Positions 44,111 through 58,332 of a stretch of DNA of 64,000 bases are shown one piece after another. The notes beneath the pieces were generated by a model. It saw only the letters and a program-made list of their open reading frames with translations, had not been told where the DNA came from and ran no database searches. The stretch is from the NCBI RefSeq assembly GCF_009914755.1, contig NC_060926.1. One strand, 5' to 3'. Position 1 is the stretch's first letter, and every line of letters starts with the position of its first letter. The position numbers were made by a program, and so were the translations under genes. This stretch comes from the human T2T-CHM13v2.0 reference genome, Homo sapiens.

Positions 44111-44268
44111 GAGCACCGGGAAACAAACGAATTGTGATTTTTGTTGATGATTTAAACATGCCCAGACTGGATCGCTATGGCTCTCAGCCTCCGATTGAAT
44201 TACTTCGGCAGTATCAAGATTTTGGGGGATTTTATGACAGAAACAAACTGTTTTGGAAAGAAATACAG
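44111..44268 (+). CDS. DNAH6: Exon K (AAA3 Walker B): GAPGNKRIVIFVDDLNMPRLDRYGSQPPIELLRQYQDFGGFYDRNKLFWKEIQ
   Basis: ccctag acceptor, weak CAG|gttact donor, 158 nt phase 1-0. Confidence 0.94.
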
Positions 44269-44326
44269 GTTACTTTAGCTTTTAAATTACTTGGTGTGCT
44301 TAAATTTAAATGACAAGGAAATATGA

Positions 44327-44685
44327 TGTATAGTTTGTGAGACTACCATAACAAAGTACCACAGATGGGGTGGCTTACACAACAGAAATTTATTTTCTCA
44401 TAATTCTGAAGACTAGACGTGTAAGAACAAGGTGTCTGCAGGATTGGTTTCTTCTGAACACTCTTTCCTTATGTCTTTACATGGGCTTCTCTCTGTGTCT
44501 GTCTGTGTCCAAACCTCTTCTTATAAGGACACCTGTCATACTGGATTAGGGCTTACCCTAATGGCCTCATTTTAGCTTATCTCCTCTTTATTTGGACTAT
44601 CTCCAAATACAGTCACATTCTGAGACCCTGAGTTAGGACTTCAACATATGATTTGGGGACAGGGGACACAATTCAGTCCATAACA
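44327..44685 (-). mobile_element. MLT1A/B-like MaLR solo LTR
   Basis: ccataacaaagtaccacaga...ggcttacacaacagaaatttatt...acacaattcagtccataaca. Confidence 0.85.
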
Positions 44686-45278
44686 TGTGGCCTCAGTTTT
44701 TCCTCCATGTAATTCAGTGTATTCAGTCTATATTGAGTTTTTGCCATGCTTGGTTCAGGAGATCCATGAACAAGTGAAACAGTCCCTGCCTCCCAGAGAG
44801 CTTCAGAGGGTGGACAGACATTTCTAATGCAGAGTGGTGAGAGGGGAGAGACAGGAGGGATTCAGGGGTGGGGCTGGGTTGAGGATGGGAGAAGCCTCCC
44901 AGAAGTGATGGATTCTGAAGGCATGCATGCCAAAGCAGGGAAAGGGAGCGTTTTACACCCCAGAAGCAGGGAATGTAAAATACTACGGTGGTGTGAATTA
45001 TGAGCACCAAACCAACAGGAGAGGCAGAGGTCACATCCCATGGTGCCGTGGGCCCATGAGGAGGAATCTGGATTTATCCTGTAAGTGCTGAGGAGCTGCT
45101 GAAGGAAATGTTATGGAAAGATCCCCTTGGCTGCAGGGGAGGGATGAGCTAACGAGGAGGCAAGACCAGAGGCAACTGCAGTAGCCTAGAGGACAAGAGA
45201 TGAGGGTCGAGCCTCCTGTGCTAATGTGTGTGGTCAGAAAGGTTTAGAAGCCAGAAGGCAGATCAGCAGGACTGGTGG

Positions 45279-45748
45279 TGTGTTAGTCAGGGTTCTCTAG
45301 AGGGACAGAACTAATGGGATAGACATATATACATAAAAGGGAGTTTATTAAGTATTAACTCACATGATCCCGACGTCCCACAATAGGCTGTCTGCAGGCT
45401 GAGGAGCAAGGACAGCCAGTCCAACCTCCAAAACTGGAGAACTTGGAGTCCGATGTTCAAGGGCAGGAAGCATCCAGCATGGGAGAAAGATGTAGGCTGG
45501 GAGGAAGATGTAGTCTGGAAGGCTAGGCCACTCTTTTTTCACACTTTTCTGCCTCCTTATAGTCTAGCTGCATGGGCAGCTGATTAGATTGTGCCCACAA
45601 TTAAGGGTTGGTTAAGGGTGATTCTGCCTTTCTCAGCCCACTGACTCAAAAGTTAGTTTCCTTTGGCAACACTCTCACAGACACACCCAGGATCAATACT
45701 TTGTATCCTTCAATCCAATCAAGTTGATATTCAGTATTAACCATCACA
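45279..45748 (-). mobile_element. MLT2A (HERV-L) solo LTR
   Basis: tgtgttagtcagggttctctagagggacagaactaat...caatccaatcaagttg...attaaccatcaca; 5-bp TSD ggtgg at 45274-45278 and 45749-45753. Confidence 0.92.
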
Positions 45749-45884
45749 GGTGGGGTATAGAGTCAAGAGGGAGAAGGGGGAACCTAGGTTAACTGTCCCA
45801 TTTCTGTTCTGGAGAAAATTTCTGTTCTGGAGAAACCAACACCCTTGACAAGAAAAGGGCGGGGGGCATGTTTCGTTTTGCTCA

Positions 45885-46110
45885 CAATAAAAACAAATAA
45901 TTGTACCAGGCACTATTCTAAGGATTTCCCACCTACTAGCACCCAACATCCCTACAAGATGGATAATGCTATCAGCCCTGTTTTATAGATCAAGAAATAG
46001 ACCAAGAGTATGGAGTAATGTGACTGGTCCAAGGTCACACTACTGGCAAGTGGCAAAACTGGGATTAGAGCCCAGGCCATTTGGCTGCTGAATATGTGAT
46101 TTCAGCTAAG
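45885..46110 (+). mobile_element. MIR
   Basis: ccaggcactattctaagg...ttttatagat...tccaaggtcacactactggcaagtggcaaaactgggatt. Confidence 0.7.
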
Positions 46111-47364
46111 ATTCCTCCCTGCCCCCATTGCTAAGCTCCAGTTCCCTGGGAAATCCAGGTAGAGCACTTTCTGTCTATCAAAATGAGAGCTTAAACAAGG
46201 CATAAACATTCTTTGAAGTGAAAAAATAAGATGAGTGTAAGAGGCAGAGGGATAAATGGAGACTGAAGAGAGGGTCAGGCTGTGCAGAGGTGAAAACTGA
46301 TGGGGTCACAGGTAGTAGGTCTCGAGAAAGGGGCCTTGGTCACCAACACAGGGAGCCCCGGATGCAAGATGAACGCATATTCAGTTCCTGGGAACTTTAT
46401 CTTTATAAACAAAGCAGTCTTTTGCATATAAGGCTTTTTACTTTCCAAATAAGTTTATCTAACTTTATCTTCCCAACAACGCAGTGAGGAGAGAATATCA
46501 CGTGCCCTTTGCAGGTTTAGAATTCCCCTGACTCAGTGCCATGGGGATGAGGGTGGGAAGGGAATGACTGCCAAACCTCCCACCAGGCCAGCGCTCAGTG
46601 GCTCCTCTCTGCCAAACAAATCACATGGAAATGCCTCTCCCTGGCACTCTGAGGCTCCCACATATGGCTGTGAATGGCTGCTCTGATCCGAGGGTCTTTT
46701 GCTGCTCCCTGCACATGCCCCACAGTCCCACTGAGGCATAAGGCTTGCTGTCTTCTGAATGCACCCATATCCCCCACGGCATGCCTTTGTGATGGTGTCC
46801 TCTACCTGGAAGGGCCCTGCTCTCCAGCTCTTCCCTTATAATCTTCCTACTCCTTCAAGGCCCATCTCCAAATAGCCTTGCTCACAGGGCCTTTCCTTAA
46901 ACCCCCATTTCCAGTGTGAGCTCCTCTTTCACCCTCATGGAGCACTGTGTGTCTTTATGGCCTTCACATTCTTTCTTGAATCAGAGCTGTTGATGTGCTC
47001 ATCTTGTGTTGCATTCCTTCATGTTAGACTCTGAGCTCCTGACCTCCATCTCCCTCATTTTTATGGCCCCTGCTAAGCTTAATACCTTGTATATAGTAAG
47101 CCGTTGTTTATTGGAACTGATTCACGTAGAGACAGGGACTTGTCCACCTCAAGCCTTGGTGCTTTAGATCTGGGATCAAGAGTGCCTTCCTCTTGGTCTT
47201 CAGATTCTTCTTCCTACCAAAGGAATTGGCACACACTCTTCCCTTTGCCAGAAATGCACCTGCTTCCTTCACCCCTATGGCCTTGTCTTCTGCTACTATC
47301 ACCTTCCAGCTCTCCACTGCAAGTGCCACTTCCTTGGCCAAATCTTCTCTGACTCACAGACTAA

Positions 47365-47708
<344 letters not shown>

Positions 47709-47849
47709 TGCATATTTATTTTTAAGAACATTGATTTATGGTATTAACCTCTGTCCTTCCCACTAAAGCTGCTTTAAGACGGAATAGGTGGCATGTTCTC
47801 TCCATTAGACCCACAGGGCTTTTGCTTTCCATTTAACTCACAATAGCCC

Positions 47850-48465
47850 AGGCTATTTGTGGATTCCATGTTTGAAGATTCTCATGCTCACAAAATTTAT
47901 TTGTAACTGCAAAATCAATATTCATAGCACTTATTCTGTCCTTTGCAGACATGTATGGAGTGGCAAAAAATTCTAGCTGTCCAACCCACAGTTCCCAGAT
48001 GAGGTGGAACAAGACAACACTCTGCCTTCTTTTTCAGCTCCCATGCTGTAAACAACTGCCCTTTTCGCAGTCTACTTGAGACCACACTTTCACATTTTTG
48101 TGCCTTCTGTTGGTGATTTTGCTATGTAAAATGGCCCAGTTGTGGTGCTAAAGTGCTGTCTACTATTTCTAAACACAAAAAGGCTGTGATGTGCCTTACT
48201 GAAAAAAATGAATGAGTTTGATAAGCTTCATTTAGGCATGACTAATAGTGCTGTGGTCCATGAGTTCAATGTTAATGACTCAACAATATAAAATAAGGCA
48301 TTTTAAACAGAAACACACATAAAACAAAGTTATAGATTGGTCGGTTGACAAAAATGTCATCACCAGAGACTCACAGAAACCTAACCCTAGGAGCAGTGGT
48401 TCAGTAACCACTAATCCAGTGCTCCAGCCAACTTTACTAAACTTAACTACCATGAATAATGAATA
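47850..48465 (+). mobile_element. MER82-like TcMar-Tigger nonautonomous element
   Basis: aaaatttatttgtaactgcaaaatcaat...gttcccagatgaggtggaacaag...aaacagaaacacacataaaacaa matches recalled MER82. Confidence 0.75.
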
Positions 48466-48554
48466 TTTGTTGAAAGAATGGCTATGTTTTATCTTCAGAT
48501 AGCAAAGTTTTTAGGATTACAGTTTCACATAAAGGTATTTATACAAAGTAGATG

Positions 48555-48730
48555 AATTAGCTGAGTGACCTTGAGCAACTTACTTAACCATCCAGGGCCT
48601 TGGTTTTTTAATCTATAAAATAGGTGTAATTATAGTGATCTCTTGGAGTGATTGTGAGAATTAAGTCATTTAACATGCACAAAAAAAAATGTAATGCAAT
48701 GCTGGCATTTGGGAAGTCCTACCATTAGGA
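48555..48730 (-). mobile_element. MIR
   Basis: agctgagtgaccttgagcaacttacttaacc...cttggttttttaatctataaaatagg core. Confidence 0.75.
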
Positions 48731-48788
48731 TAGGCAGGTCTCATTTCATTCTCTGCTGAGTGATCCAAGTGGATTTCTCTGCACACAG

Positions 48789-48920
48789 GATGTAACAATC
48801 ATATCGGCATGTGCACCTCCAGGCGGTGGCCGCAACCCTGTGACTCCCCGCTTCATCAGACACTTCAGCATGCTGTGCCTCCCAATGCCCTCAGAGCACA
48901 GTCTGAAACAGATTTTTCAG
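48789..48920 (+). CDS. DNAH6: Exon L: DVTIISACAPPGGGRNPVTPRFIRHFSMLCLPMPSEHSLKQIFQ
   Basis: cacag acceptor, CAG|gtgagt donor, 132 nt; PPGGGR...RF-RHF motif of AAA3. Confidence 0.95.
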
Positions 48921-51900
48921 GTGAGTGTCGATTTTAACTTAGGCAACAGGAGGAAAAGAAAGCATATTTGTTCCAAGGCTCCCACAATCAAAGTGGTGTC
49001 TTGTGTTTCTAAGGAGTCCATCTATCCGTCTCTTTCCTGAGCAGGAAGCAGGTAAATATGGACTCCTGGAGAGTAGCTGGCAGGCATTTGCATCACTGCC
49101 TTCTGTATCTGTTGGTCTCAGAGAGTTCTAGAAATGCAGAAAGATTGTGCAGACAAAACCCCTACCTTTAGAGAAGGCTGCATCTTAGGTCCCTGCCACT
49201 TAGCACTCCACACACAGTTCTTGGCAGATCTCATCACTACCCAGCCCCTGCCTTTGTGCTCATCTTATCCCTAACCACCAGGTCTGCGTGTCCACTTGCC
49301 ACCAAACTTGGCACCTGATATGCCAGAGAGCTCAAGCTCAACACACCTAAAACAGAACTCATCTCCTTGGCCACTCTCGCTAAGAATGATAACCTATCTT
49401 TTGTCCATCTGTACTCACTTCCCTAATAGGCTACTTCCCCATCCTTTATATGGGAAAAATAATAACACCTGCCCTACAAGTGCTCAACAGATTGAGAGGC
49501 ATTATTTTGAGTAGAACAGTAAGAGAATATGAAGCAGCATGACTAAAGCCCCGCATAACCAACCTGCAAAGGTTGCTTAGAGAAGAGAGATTGTGAGCTG
49601 AGTCTTGGGGATGCTGGGAATTGACAGGGAGGAACAGATCTTAGGAACAGGAAGTGCTGGGTGAACGCAACTGCAGAGGCAGGAAATGGTAAGGTGGGCA
49701 CAAAGGTAGAATAAGACAGTTCAGGTGACTGGCCTGGAGAAGCTGATGACAGTGATGTGGACAGTGATGCCCAAGGATGTGGCAATTAAGTGAACCTCCA
49801 CATTCACCAGCATCAACTTCTTCCAGTAGAAGCCCTCTCTCAAGAGGGACAGACCCCGCATGTATACAACCTTCAGTACATGGAAAGGAATTTTCTGTTT
49901 GTATTGAAATAGCTTATTTCTGTGGGAAATTATTTTTAATAAATTGAAGTAGTTCCAATAAGCTGTTTAGGAGCTAATGCCAAAATGGTATATAAAAACT
50001 GCCACATTTTGAAAAACTTTCGGAGAGTGCTTTAGAAAATAGGAAAAGATGGGAGCTTCACTCCTATAATTAAGCACCAGAGTATAAAACAAGACATAAC
50101 AGCAACCACCAAAGCCATTAGAAGGGTTGTCTAAGGCCTGCACACTTTTTTGAGAACTTTTATATTTATATTTTGAAGTTTGAAGTGAGTGATTCCCAAC
50201 CACACCACAGATACACTGTGATGTGGTGAGTGGTGAGGGGTGTCTCAAGAAACTTATGCCTGGTTAGAAGAGACTGAATTTGCAATTTATTTCATTTTTT
50301 ATTAAGTTAAAGCAAATTCAGGGTTATGACTACAAAAACATCGTTCTTCATCATTCCAAAATGGAATGATTTCCATTTTGTGGGTGGGAAGAATACAGTG
50401 AAGTCTGGGCCACTGGGAAAGACATGGTCCCCAACTCTCAACCTCCTGTGGGATTATCATGTCCATGGAAATGTGTCACCCATGGGAACATCATCCAGCA
50501 AGCACATCATAGCTAAAAACTGGCTGTGATAAGGCTGCTTCTTCCCACTGTAACTTTACAGGTTTACATTTAAAACCCACACTAGCTATAAGGGGAAATA
50601 GAAATGATATGTGGCAAGACTGAGAGATTCTGGGGGCTACCAGGTTGGACTGAATTCAGGTGGGAAAGAATATTGCTCTCATTACAACGGACAGGGTATT
50701 TTGCCTGTAGGAAAAAAGAACTTGCTCTAGGCCCATGGATCTCAAACTTCATTTTTCATCACATCCCACCTTAGCAGGACCCAAGAATTCATCACCCGTC
50801 TGTCCTGTCCTTCATTACTGTTTGGAGGAAAAAGAACTTGGATATAATCAAGAATTGAAGAAGAGCAAAATCAATAAAGTAAATTTATTTTTAGCAACAT
50901 ATATAAATAGATTTATTTCTACTATATAAAAGAAGCCTATGAGTCTAAATAGTACATGTATATTATATATAATGTTTTCAATAACCTATTAGTGTTAACA
51001 CGATTAGTCCTATCATTGTACTTTCTTTGATAGTCTGTTGCAAATTAGTTAAACAGTGCATATATGCAGGGAGCGCACCACTAATGCCCAGACACGATTT
51101 GCACCGTTGGAATATGTACATTATAAGTGACTCTTTCTCAGACCATAGTTCATACAAACCTGAATGTTTACTTACTGGAAATTTATGTGCCAAAATATGC
51201 ATCACTATACATTCTAAGGGTAAACCGAACAGCACACAACCAGGTAAATTAAATTTAATGAAATTTCTAGTTAGAAAGCTATAACGCAGTAACTGAAAAC
51301 CGTGATCAGCTCCATAAACTAGTGATAATGTGCTTATGCCAAAGAATCCTCCCAAAACTAAGAAACCTGGCTGCATCTTGCGTGCATGTTCTTAGTAAGA
51401 GTTTTGCAAAGTTGCCAAACAGATCATGTAAGCCAGATCCTTAAGTAGAATACTAGGCTGTGGTCCTCAGTAAATTCTATAATGATACGCTAATTTTAAT
51501 GTATGGATACCAATTTAGTAGCCTTTAATTCATTCATTAAACAAATATTTGTTGAGCACCTTCCATACGCCTGACATTGGTGTATCATCCCTGTCCTCAT
51601 GGATCTTCTTCCATGGACACAGATAATGAATAGATGAATGAGATATCTAGATATAGACACACAGTTACTCATGTATATGTTAGAAACTATTTGTATTTGT
51701 GTCATGGAGAACAGAAGGCTGGAGCTTTTTACATACATATAACATATATATAAATAAAATTATCAGCTTGTCTATTCTCCATCATACACATACAAATGGA
51801 CAGATTTTCATCAAATTTAAAGATTGGGTTTGAGATGGTCCTACATAAAATACAGACCATGTGGAGTATGTTAAACTCATGTTGGGGTCCCAGGAGGGGA

Positions 51901-53140
51901 TACCTAAAGAGGTCATCCTCACAAGTTAAAGCAAATGTTAAACAGGAGACCCACTGAAAACAAATACTCAGGTTTATTTCAAAAGATCTCATATATGACA
52001 CCAAATCTGAAGTCACAACTTCAGATTGGACTAACTTGCAACCATTGATATGCATTCTCGTGGCTTCTCCCATTAGTTACTCCAGGGTTAATGGTAATAA
52101 GAATTTATCTATTTAAAAAACAATAATGATTTTTCCAAGCACTTGCGGGTCAAGGACTAGCTAATAAATACACATGTTCAAGTTGTGATGTTATGGATGA
52201 GAAGATCAGAGAGACTGATGGGAGGACTTGTTTTAGACTGAGTGGTCAGGAAAGGCCTCTCTGGAGAGACGGCATGTAACCTAAAACATGAAGGATGAAA
52301 GGGCACCTGCCAAGCAGAGAGGGCTGGGCACAGGAAGAGGGGAGCAGCAGTGCAGGGGCCTGAGGTGGGAAGGAGTGTGGGTGTTCAGACTAGTGTGGCG
52401 GGGACATGGGGAGCAATGGAAGGGAGGGGTGAAGTGAGGATGCTGGGGGAAGGGTGGACCAGCAGGGAGACCAGAATGGAAATGGAGAGGCCAGAGTGAA
52501 GGAGAGAGAGGAGAAGTCCAGATAAAAAAGAGTAGGGGCCAGGATGGGGTGATGTCCGGGGAAACAGAGGGAAGCAAACAGATCCAAGAAATGTGTTCAA
52601 GATTGATTTTGCAGGACAGAAAATGGGAGGTGTATAAAGAGACTTCCAAGCTCCTGATCTAAGCTTAGGAGGGAATGGCCAGCTACTGAGATGGGGAAGC
52701 TGAAGTGTGAGGGAGTTCACCATTGCAAGTAAGTCGCATTTAAAATATACATGAAGATGAAAGTCTATGAGAGTGGTGGTCATTCATCCATAAAAGTGAG
52801 AGAGAGGGTTTCTGTTCATTTCCAGGTGGGTTTGTGCCCTTCGTGATGACCCCTTGGACTCACCTCAAGCAGAGGTCTAAATTACTTGAGAGTGTGTTCA
52901 TGTAAATTCACTAGTCAGATATGAATGCCACTCAGGCATCACAAAACAATCACAGAAGACAGGAGTGAGCGCATTCTCAAGAATGTTTTCTGAAATGAGC
53001 AGAAGAGCTTTGATACCAGAAGACTTTGTGTTGGAATTTGGCTTTCTATTATTAGAAAACGTTATCATCCGGAGTATTTAAAAGATAGATATTTGGTTTA
53101 AAATAAATCTAATCCTCTCATATTATGTTTCTGGTTCTAG

Positions 53141-53312
53141 GCCATCTTAAATGGTTTCCTGAGTGACTTTCCACCAGCTGTAAAGCAAACTGCATCAAGC
53201 ATTGTAGAAGCCTCAGTTGAGATTTATAACAAAATGAGTGTTGACCTCCTGCCAACACCCGCCAAGTCCCATTATGTCTTTAACTTGAGGGACTTATCCA
53301 AATGTGTGCAAG
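53141..53312 (+). CDS. DNAH6: Exon M: AILNGFLSDFPPAVKQTASSIVEASVEIYNKMSVDLLPTPAKSHYVFNLRDLSKCVQ
   Basis: ttctag acceptor, AAG|gtagtg donor, 172 nt phase 0-1; LPTP-KSHY-FNLRD motif. Confidence 0.95.
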
Positions 53313-53479
53313 GTAGTGTACTGAACCCTCGTTTTCTGATCTGCACCCTCCCTACTTTTCCATTGGCCCCCAAATATCTCAGTAACATTGTATGTATGCA
53401 GGTGTTGGTGACTCACCCAGAAATCCCATCACCTGTTCCTATTCAGGCTGAGTGCTTCACAACTATTTCATATGGCCAA

Positions 53480-55075
53480 CACTGCCTCCCATTTCTCACT
53501 CCCAGCTGATTACTTGTCTTTCACTGAAAAAAAAAAAAAAATAGAAGCAGTTGGACCAGAGCTGCCTCATCTTCTAAATCTCCCAGACAACTTGCATCTT
53601 CCTTCCCTGGGCTGAGCTCCCCCTCCATCTGTCAGTGTCAATGCTCCTTCTAATACCGAACCCAGTCCCCTCCTGTCTACTCAAGGATTTTGCTATCATA
53701 ATTCCCACTTCTCATCTTCAAAGTTTCTTTTTTTATTGGATCATGCCTAATGGCATAAAAAGCCACTATCATACCTCCCATCTTAAAAAAAATAATTTTC
53801 TTTAAGACCCATATCCCCTGATGGTACCCCTCCCATTTCTCTGCTCTTTCTAGAAAGACCTCTTAAAGAATGGTCTCTCCTCCCTGTCTCACTTACTCCC
53901 TCAAGTTCTCCCTTTACTATACGTCAATCAAAGTTGTGATACCCAACACTGTGCTCAACTGCTCTACCTGAGTCCCATCTCCATCTGCTCAGATCCACTG
54001 GTCAGCTCTCAGCGGCACCTTAACTTACAGCAATGTCCACGCAACTTTCCCCTCCCCGCCTTCTCCAGTGGTCCAGGGCAGGCTCTCCTGGGGTCCCCCC
54101 TCACTGCCTGCTGTCACTCAGTCTGTTTTGATAGCTGCTCCTCTTCTTCCCTACCTCAAAATGTTGGGGCCGCAGGGCTCGGTCTTTAGATCTACGCACA
54201 TATTCCCTCAGTAATTCTGGTCAATTCTACATCATCAAGTGCCATCTACTCAGAGATGGCACTGGAGTGCCTGCCTCTAGCTCCCACCCCTACTCTAAGA
54301 GTCTGACTTTCATATCCAGCTTCCTTCTCAGTGTGCACCCTCAGGCATCCAGCTGGCCTGCTAAACTTGGCATGTCTAAATGGAACTCTTGCTTTTCCCC
54401 TCCACCTTGGCCATGCATACCCCGGCCCCAGAGGAGACTACCATTAGTTGCTCTGGCTAGGAACCTTGAAAACCTCTATGCAATCCACAAATAATCCTGA
54501 CAGCTTTATTTTCAGAATATATCCCGAATCTAACCACTCCTCACCACTCCATCCACTACCCTTCTAACCTCCTCTCTAATCTCCTGCTTCTGATTATCCG
54601 TTTACCCTGTTCAAAGAGACCCAGCTCTGCCCTCTGCACAGCAGCCAAGCATGGGCCCTGTTGAGACCCTCCTGAGGCTGCTTCTAGCACCTGCCTGTGT
54701 TGAGTCTCTGTGTGATCTGGATCCGGGCTCCCTCTCCCTTTCATTGCCTACCACTTTCCTCCTTGCTACTGCCACCTCCTTGCCATTCCTGAAATCGGGC
54801 CTGCCCAGGGACCGCTGTACATTGCTTGCAATGCTCTGACACCAGATAGCCACATAGCTCACTTTCCCTGCTCAAATGTCACCTTCTCAGCAAAACTTCC
54901 CATGTCCCTTCATAGCTCCTATTACCTGTAATCATATCGCACATATTTCTCTGCATATATGTGTGTTCATGTATCTGTCTCTCCCATTAGGACATCAGCT
55001 CCCCAAGGGCTGTATGCTTAGTTCACCACTGTATCCCAGTGCCTAATCGGGCCTGGCACTGAATGAATGAATGTC
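53480..55075 (+). mobile_element. L2 fragments
   Basis: Pyrimidine-rich L2 body ending gttcaccactgtatcccagtgcc...tgaatgaatgaa; approximate. Confidence 0.7.
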
Positions 55076-55194
55076 TAGATGAATAAACAAGTCTCCCCTG
55101 ATTTTGTATACAAGGACACTAACTCTTAGTTGCTCCATAATCTGCTTCGTTCCCTGACTCCCCATCCAGTGCCCTTTGTTCTACACCACTCTTA

Positions 55195-55513
<319 letters not shown>

Positions 55514-57100
55514 TAAAAAGATTCTAACTAACATGTATAAGTTTGTTTTTAATATCTGCAAAGTAGCCAAAGTAGAAGCTGTGGAGTGCTTTCATGTGAA
55601 GCAATGACTGGCCTCTTTGAAAGCCAGCTCTCTTTCCTGTCTTCATCACAATCTAAGTCATTACCTGTTGTGCATTAACAAGTCTGGGAATGAACTGGGA
55701 GATGCTGGCCCATGGCAGGAGCTTAGGCATTAAGAACCCTGCAGACCCCTCCTGCTTCTTCCTAATGCACAGTTCTCACACAGGTTCCTGATCTTCCCAA
55801 CTCCCGATCTGAAGGCTCTGTCATTCTTCTTTTTCTTCCTCCTTCCAGAGCCTGAAGGACTCTCAAAGCTGGCACACCATCCTTGCCACAGGATGACAAA
55901 ATAATTTGTTTTCTCTTCCTCCACTGAAATCTTGCCCTCTTATACTAGCAGTTTAGTCCTGTGATTCATGAACTCAATTTTCCTAGAAAACATTAGAATA
56001 TGACTTCGTTTCTTTCATGAACCGCTTCAGACTCACTGATCCTCAGACATTGTCTAATCTAGTCATTTATTTTTTATCCTTCCCCATTGCCTTTCTATTC
56101 CTATTTTTAAGATAATTTTTGAGCTTCAAAATTCAGGATCCACTTTATTTCTGAAATGACGCATCATTAAATACACAGGAAATTCCAATGTTGAATCTCT
56201 TTCTCCTTGTTTCTGCATTTCATCAAAAGTCCTAGAAATTTCCTTATTTCTACAAATATTAACTGAAAATAATTAAAACTTCAAGCATTTCAAGAAACAT
56301 ATATGTCAAACAACACACAAACACCAATGTGAGATGCAAAAAACAGGTAGCATCATTATCTATAGAAATACCCTAGTATTCCAAAGCAACATGAGCAGTA
56401 CCTACCATGCTGTGTGGTACCCACTCTCTGCTGTGTGTGCCCACATGCACAGTAGACACTCTCCCTGCCCCTGTCTACAGTGTGAGGAGCCCCATATTGG
56501 TGGTCCCTGTGGAGAAGTACCATTTCCAGGAATTCCTGTACATTGTTGCTTTGATTGTAACTTGAAATCATTAGAACTGTGTTTGCAATAACAATTTACA
56601 CTAATGAAATGAGTACTCAGAATAATCTTAGTAGAAGCCAGAAGGGCCAGGGGCATTTGGTGAGGACTGACATTGGGGAAGAAAGAGAGAAATGGGAGTT
56701 TCAAAAACAGTATATGCATTGAGAGGAGGAAAGTTGCAAGATAAGTAAATATATATACTTTAGTATATTTTAAAGTAATGTGAGGCCCTTCACTTAACAT
56801 ATTGCAATTCATGTAATAATGAGATAAACCTTGCTTATATTGTGAAGTCTGACCACTTCACATGCTCGGTTAAAGAAACATCACAAAACAGGGAAAAAAT
56901 GTTTTTGTCAAATAATGTATCCCAGATTTGTTATCAAAAAATGAGGTCACTATTAGTATATGTGTATATCCACTGGGGAAGCAGTCATTTTTGGCAATAT
57001 GAGGGTAAAGTTGTACTTAAGGGTTTCCTAATTAAACTATTACTGGAGATTCTACAAATGTAGAATTTTTCTTTTTTTTTTTCCTTTTCTTAAAAAACAG

Positions 57101-57247
57101 GTATCCTCCAATGTGATCCAGGAACAATAAGAGAAGAAATTCAGATATTTAGACTCTTTTGCCATGAGTGCCAAAGGGTCTTCCATGATCGCTTGATTAA
57201 TAATGAAGATAAGCACTATTTCCATGTTATTCTGACAGAAATGGCCA
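57101..57247 (+). CDS. DNAH6: Exon N: GILQCDPGTIREEIQIFRLFCHECQRVFHDRLINNEDKHYFHVILTEMA
   Basis: acag acceptor after a long pyrimidine tract, CCA|gtaaat donor, 147 nt phase 1-1; HE-RVF-DRL dynein motif. Confidence 0.94.
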
Positions 57248-57443
57248 GTAAATATGAATCTTTACCTATTCTTTTTTTTATTTGAGTAGAAAAGCAATTT
57301 GGTTTCTACAAAGAACAATTAACACAAAAAGAATTTTCATAATTTATGAGTAAAAGTTATTTTCTTTGATGGTTCAAATATATATTAAAATATATGAAAT
57401 ATGCAATATTATAAAATAATTTTATTAAAATTCAGGAAGGGTC

Positions 57444-57584
57444 AGTCGGGCATGGTGGCTCATGCCTGTAATCCCAGTACTTTCGGTGGCTGGGTACTTG
57501 GATCCCTTGGGCTCAGGAGTTCGAGACCAGCCTGGGCAACAAGGCAAGACCCCATCTCTACTAAAAATACCAAAATAAATAAGT
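57444..57584 (+). mobile_element. Alu left monomer
   Basis: TSD-like aaattcaggaag(g/t)gt at 57428-57442 and 57585-57599. Confidence 0.85.
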
Positions 57585-57682
57585 AAATTCAGGAAGTGTT
57601 TGTATTTTAATTTATTATAAAGTTTTAAGTAGAGGAGAGAAAGTAGGAGAAAGAGCATTTTGTCTGATAAGAAGCCAGGATA

Positions 57683-57974
<292 letters not shown>

Positions 57975-58258
57975 AAGCCAGGATAATTTTAAAGTACTTC
58001 TTATTTCTTAAATAAGTATCCAATATTCATTATTTAACAAATGTTTTAAATTCTTTGTTAAGTATTCTTAATCTTAAACTTGGGAGATTATCAGCTAAAC
58101 TAAAGCGGCATGGAGTTAACACAGTATTCTCTCAGTTTTTATGTATATTAATTAAGTCTTCTAAGTAAAATGCAGCTATTATTCTATATGTTTTATCACT
58201 AAAATATTCCATTCAAGATTATCATTATATTTAAAACTTGGTTTTGTTCTTTAAATAG

Positions 58259-58332
58259 ACAAACATTTTGGAATTGCAATTGACCTGGAATATTTTTTGA
58301 ATAAGCCCATCATATTTGGAGATTTCATTAAG
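58259..58332 (+). CDS. DNAH6: Exon O: NKHFGIAIDLEYFLNKPIIFGDFIK (GC donor)
   Basis: aatag acceptor, AAG|gcaagt donor, 74 nt phase 1-0; FGDF motif typical of dyneins before AAA4; 3' boundary has a competing GT 4 nt downstream. Confidence 0.85.
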
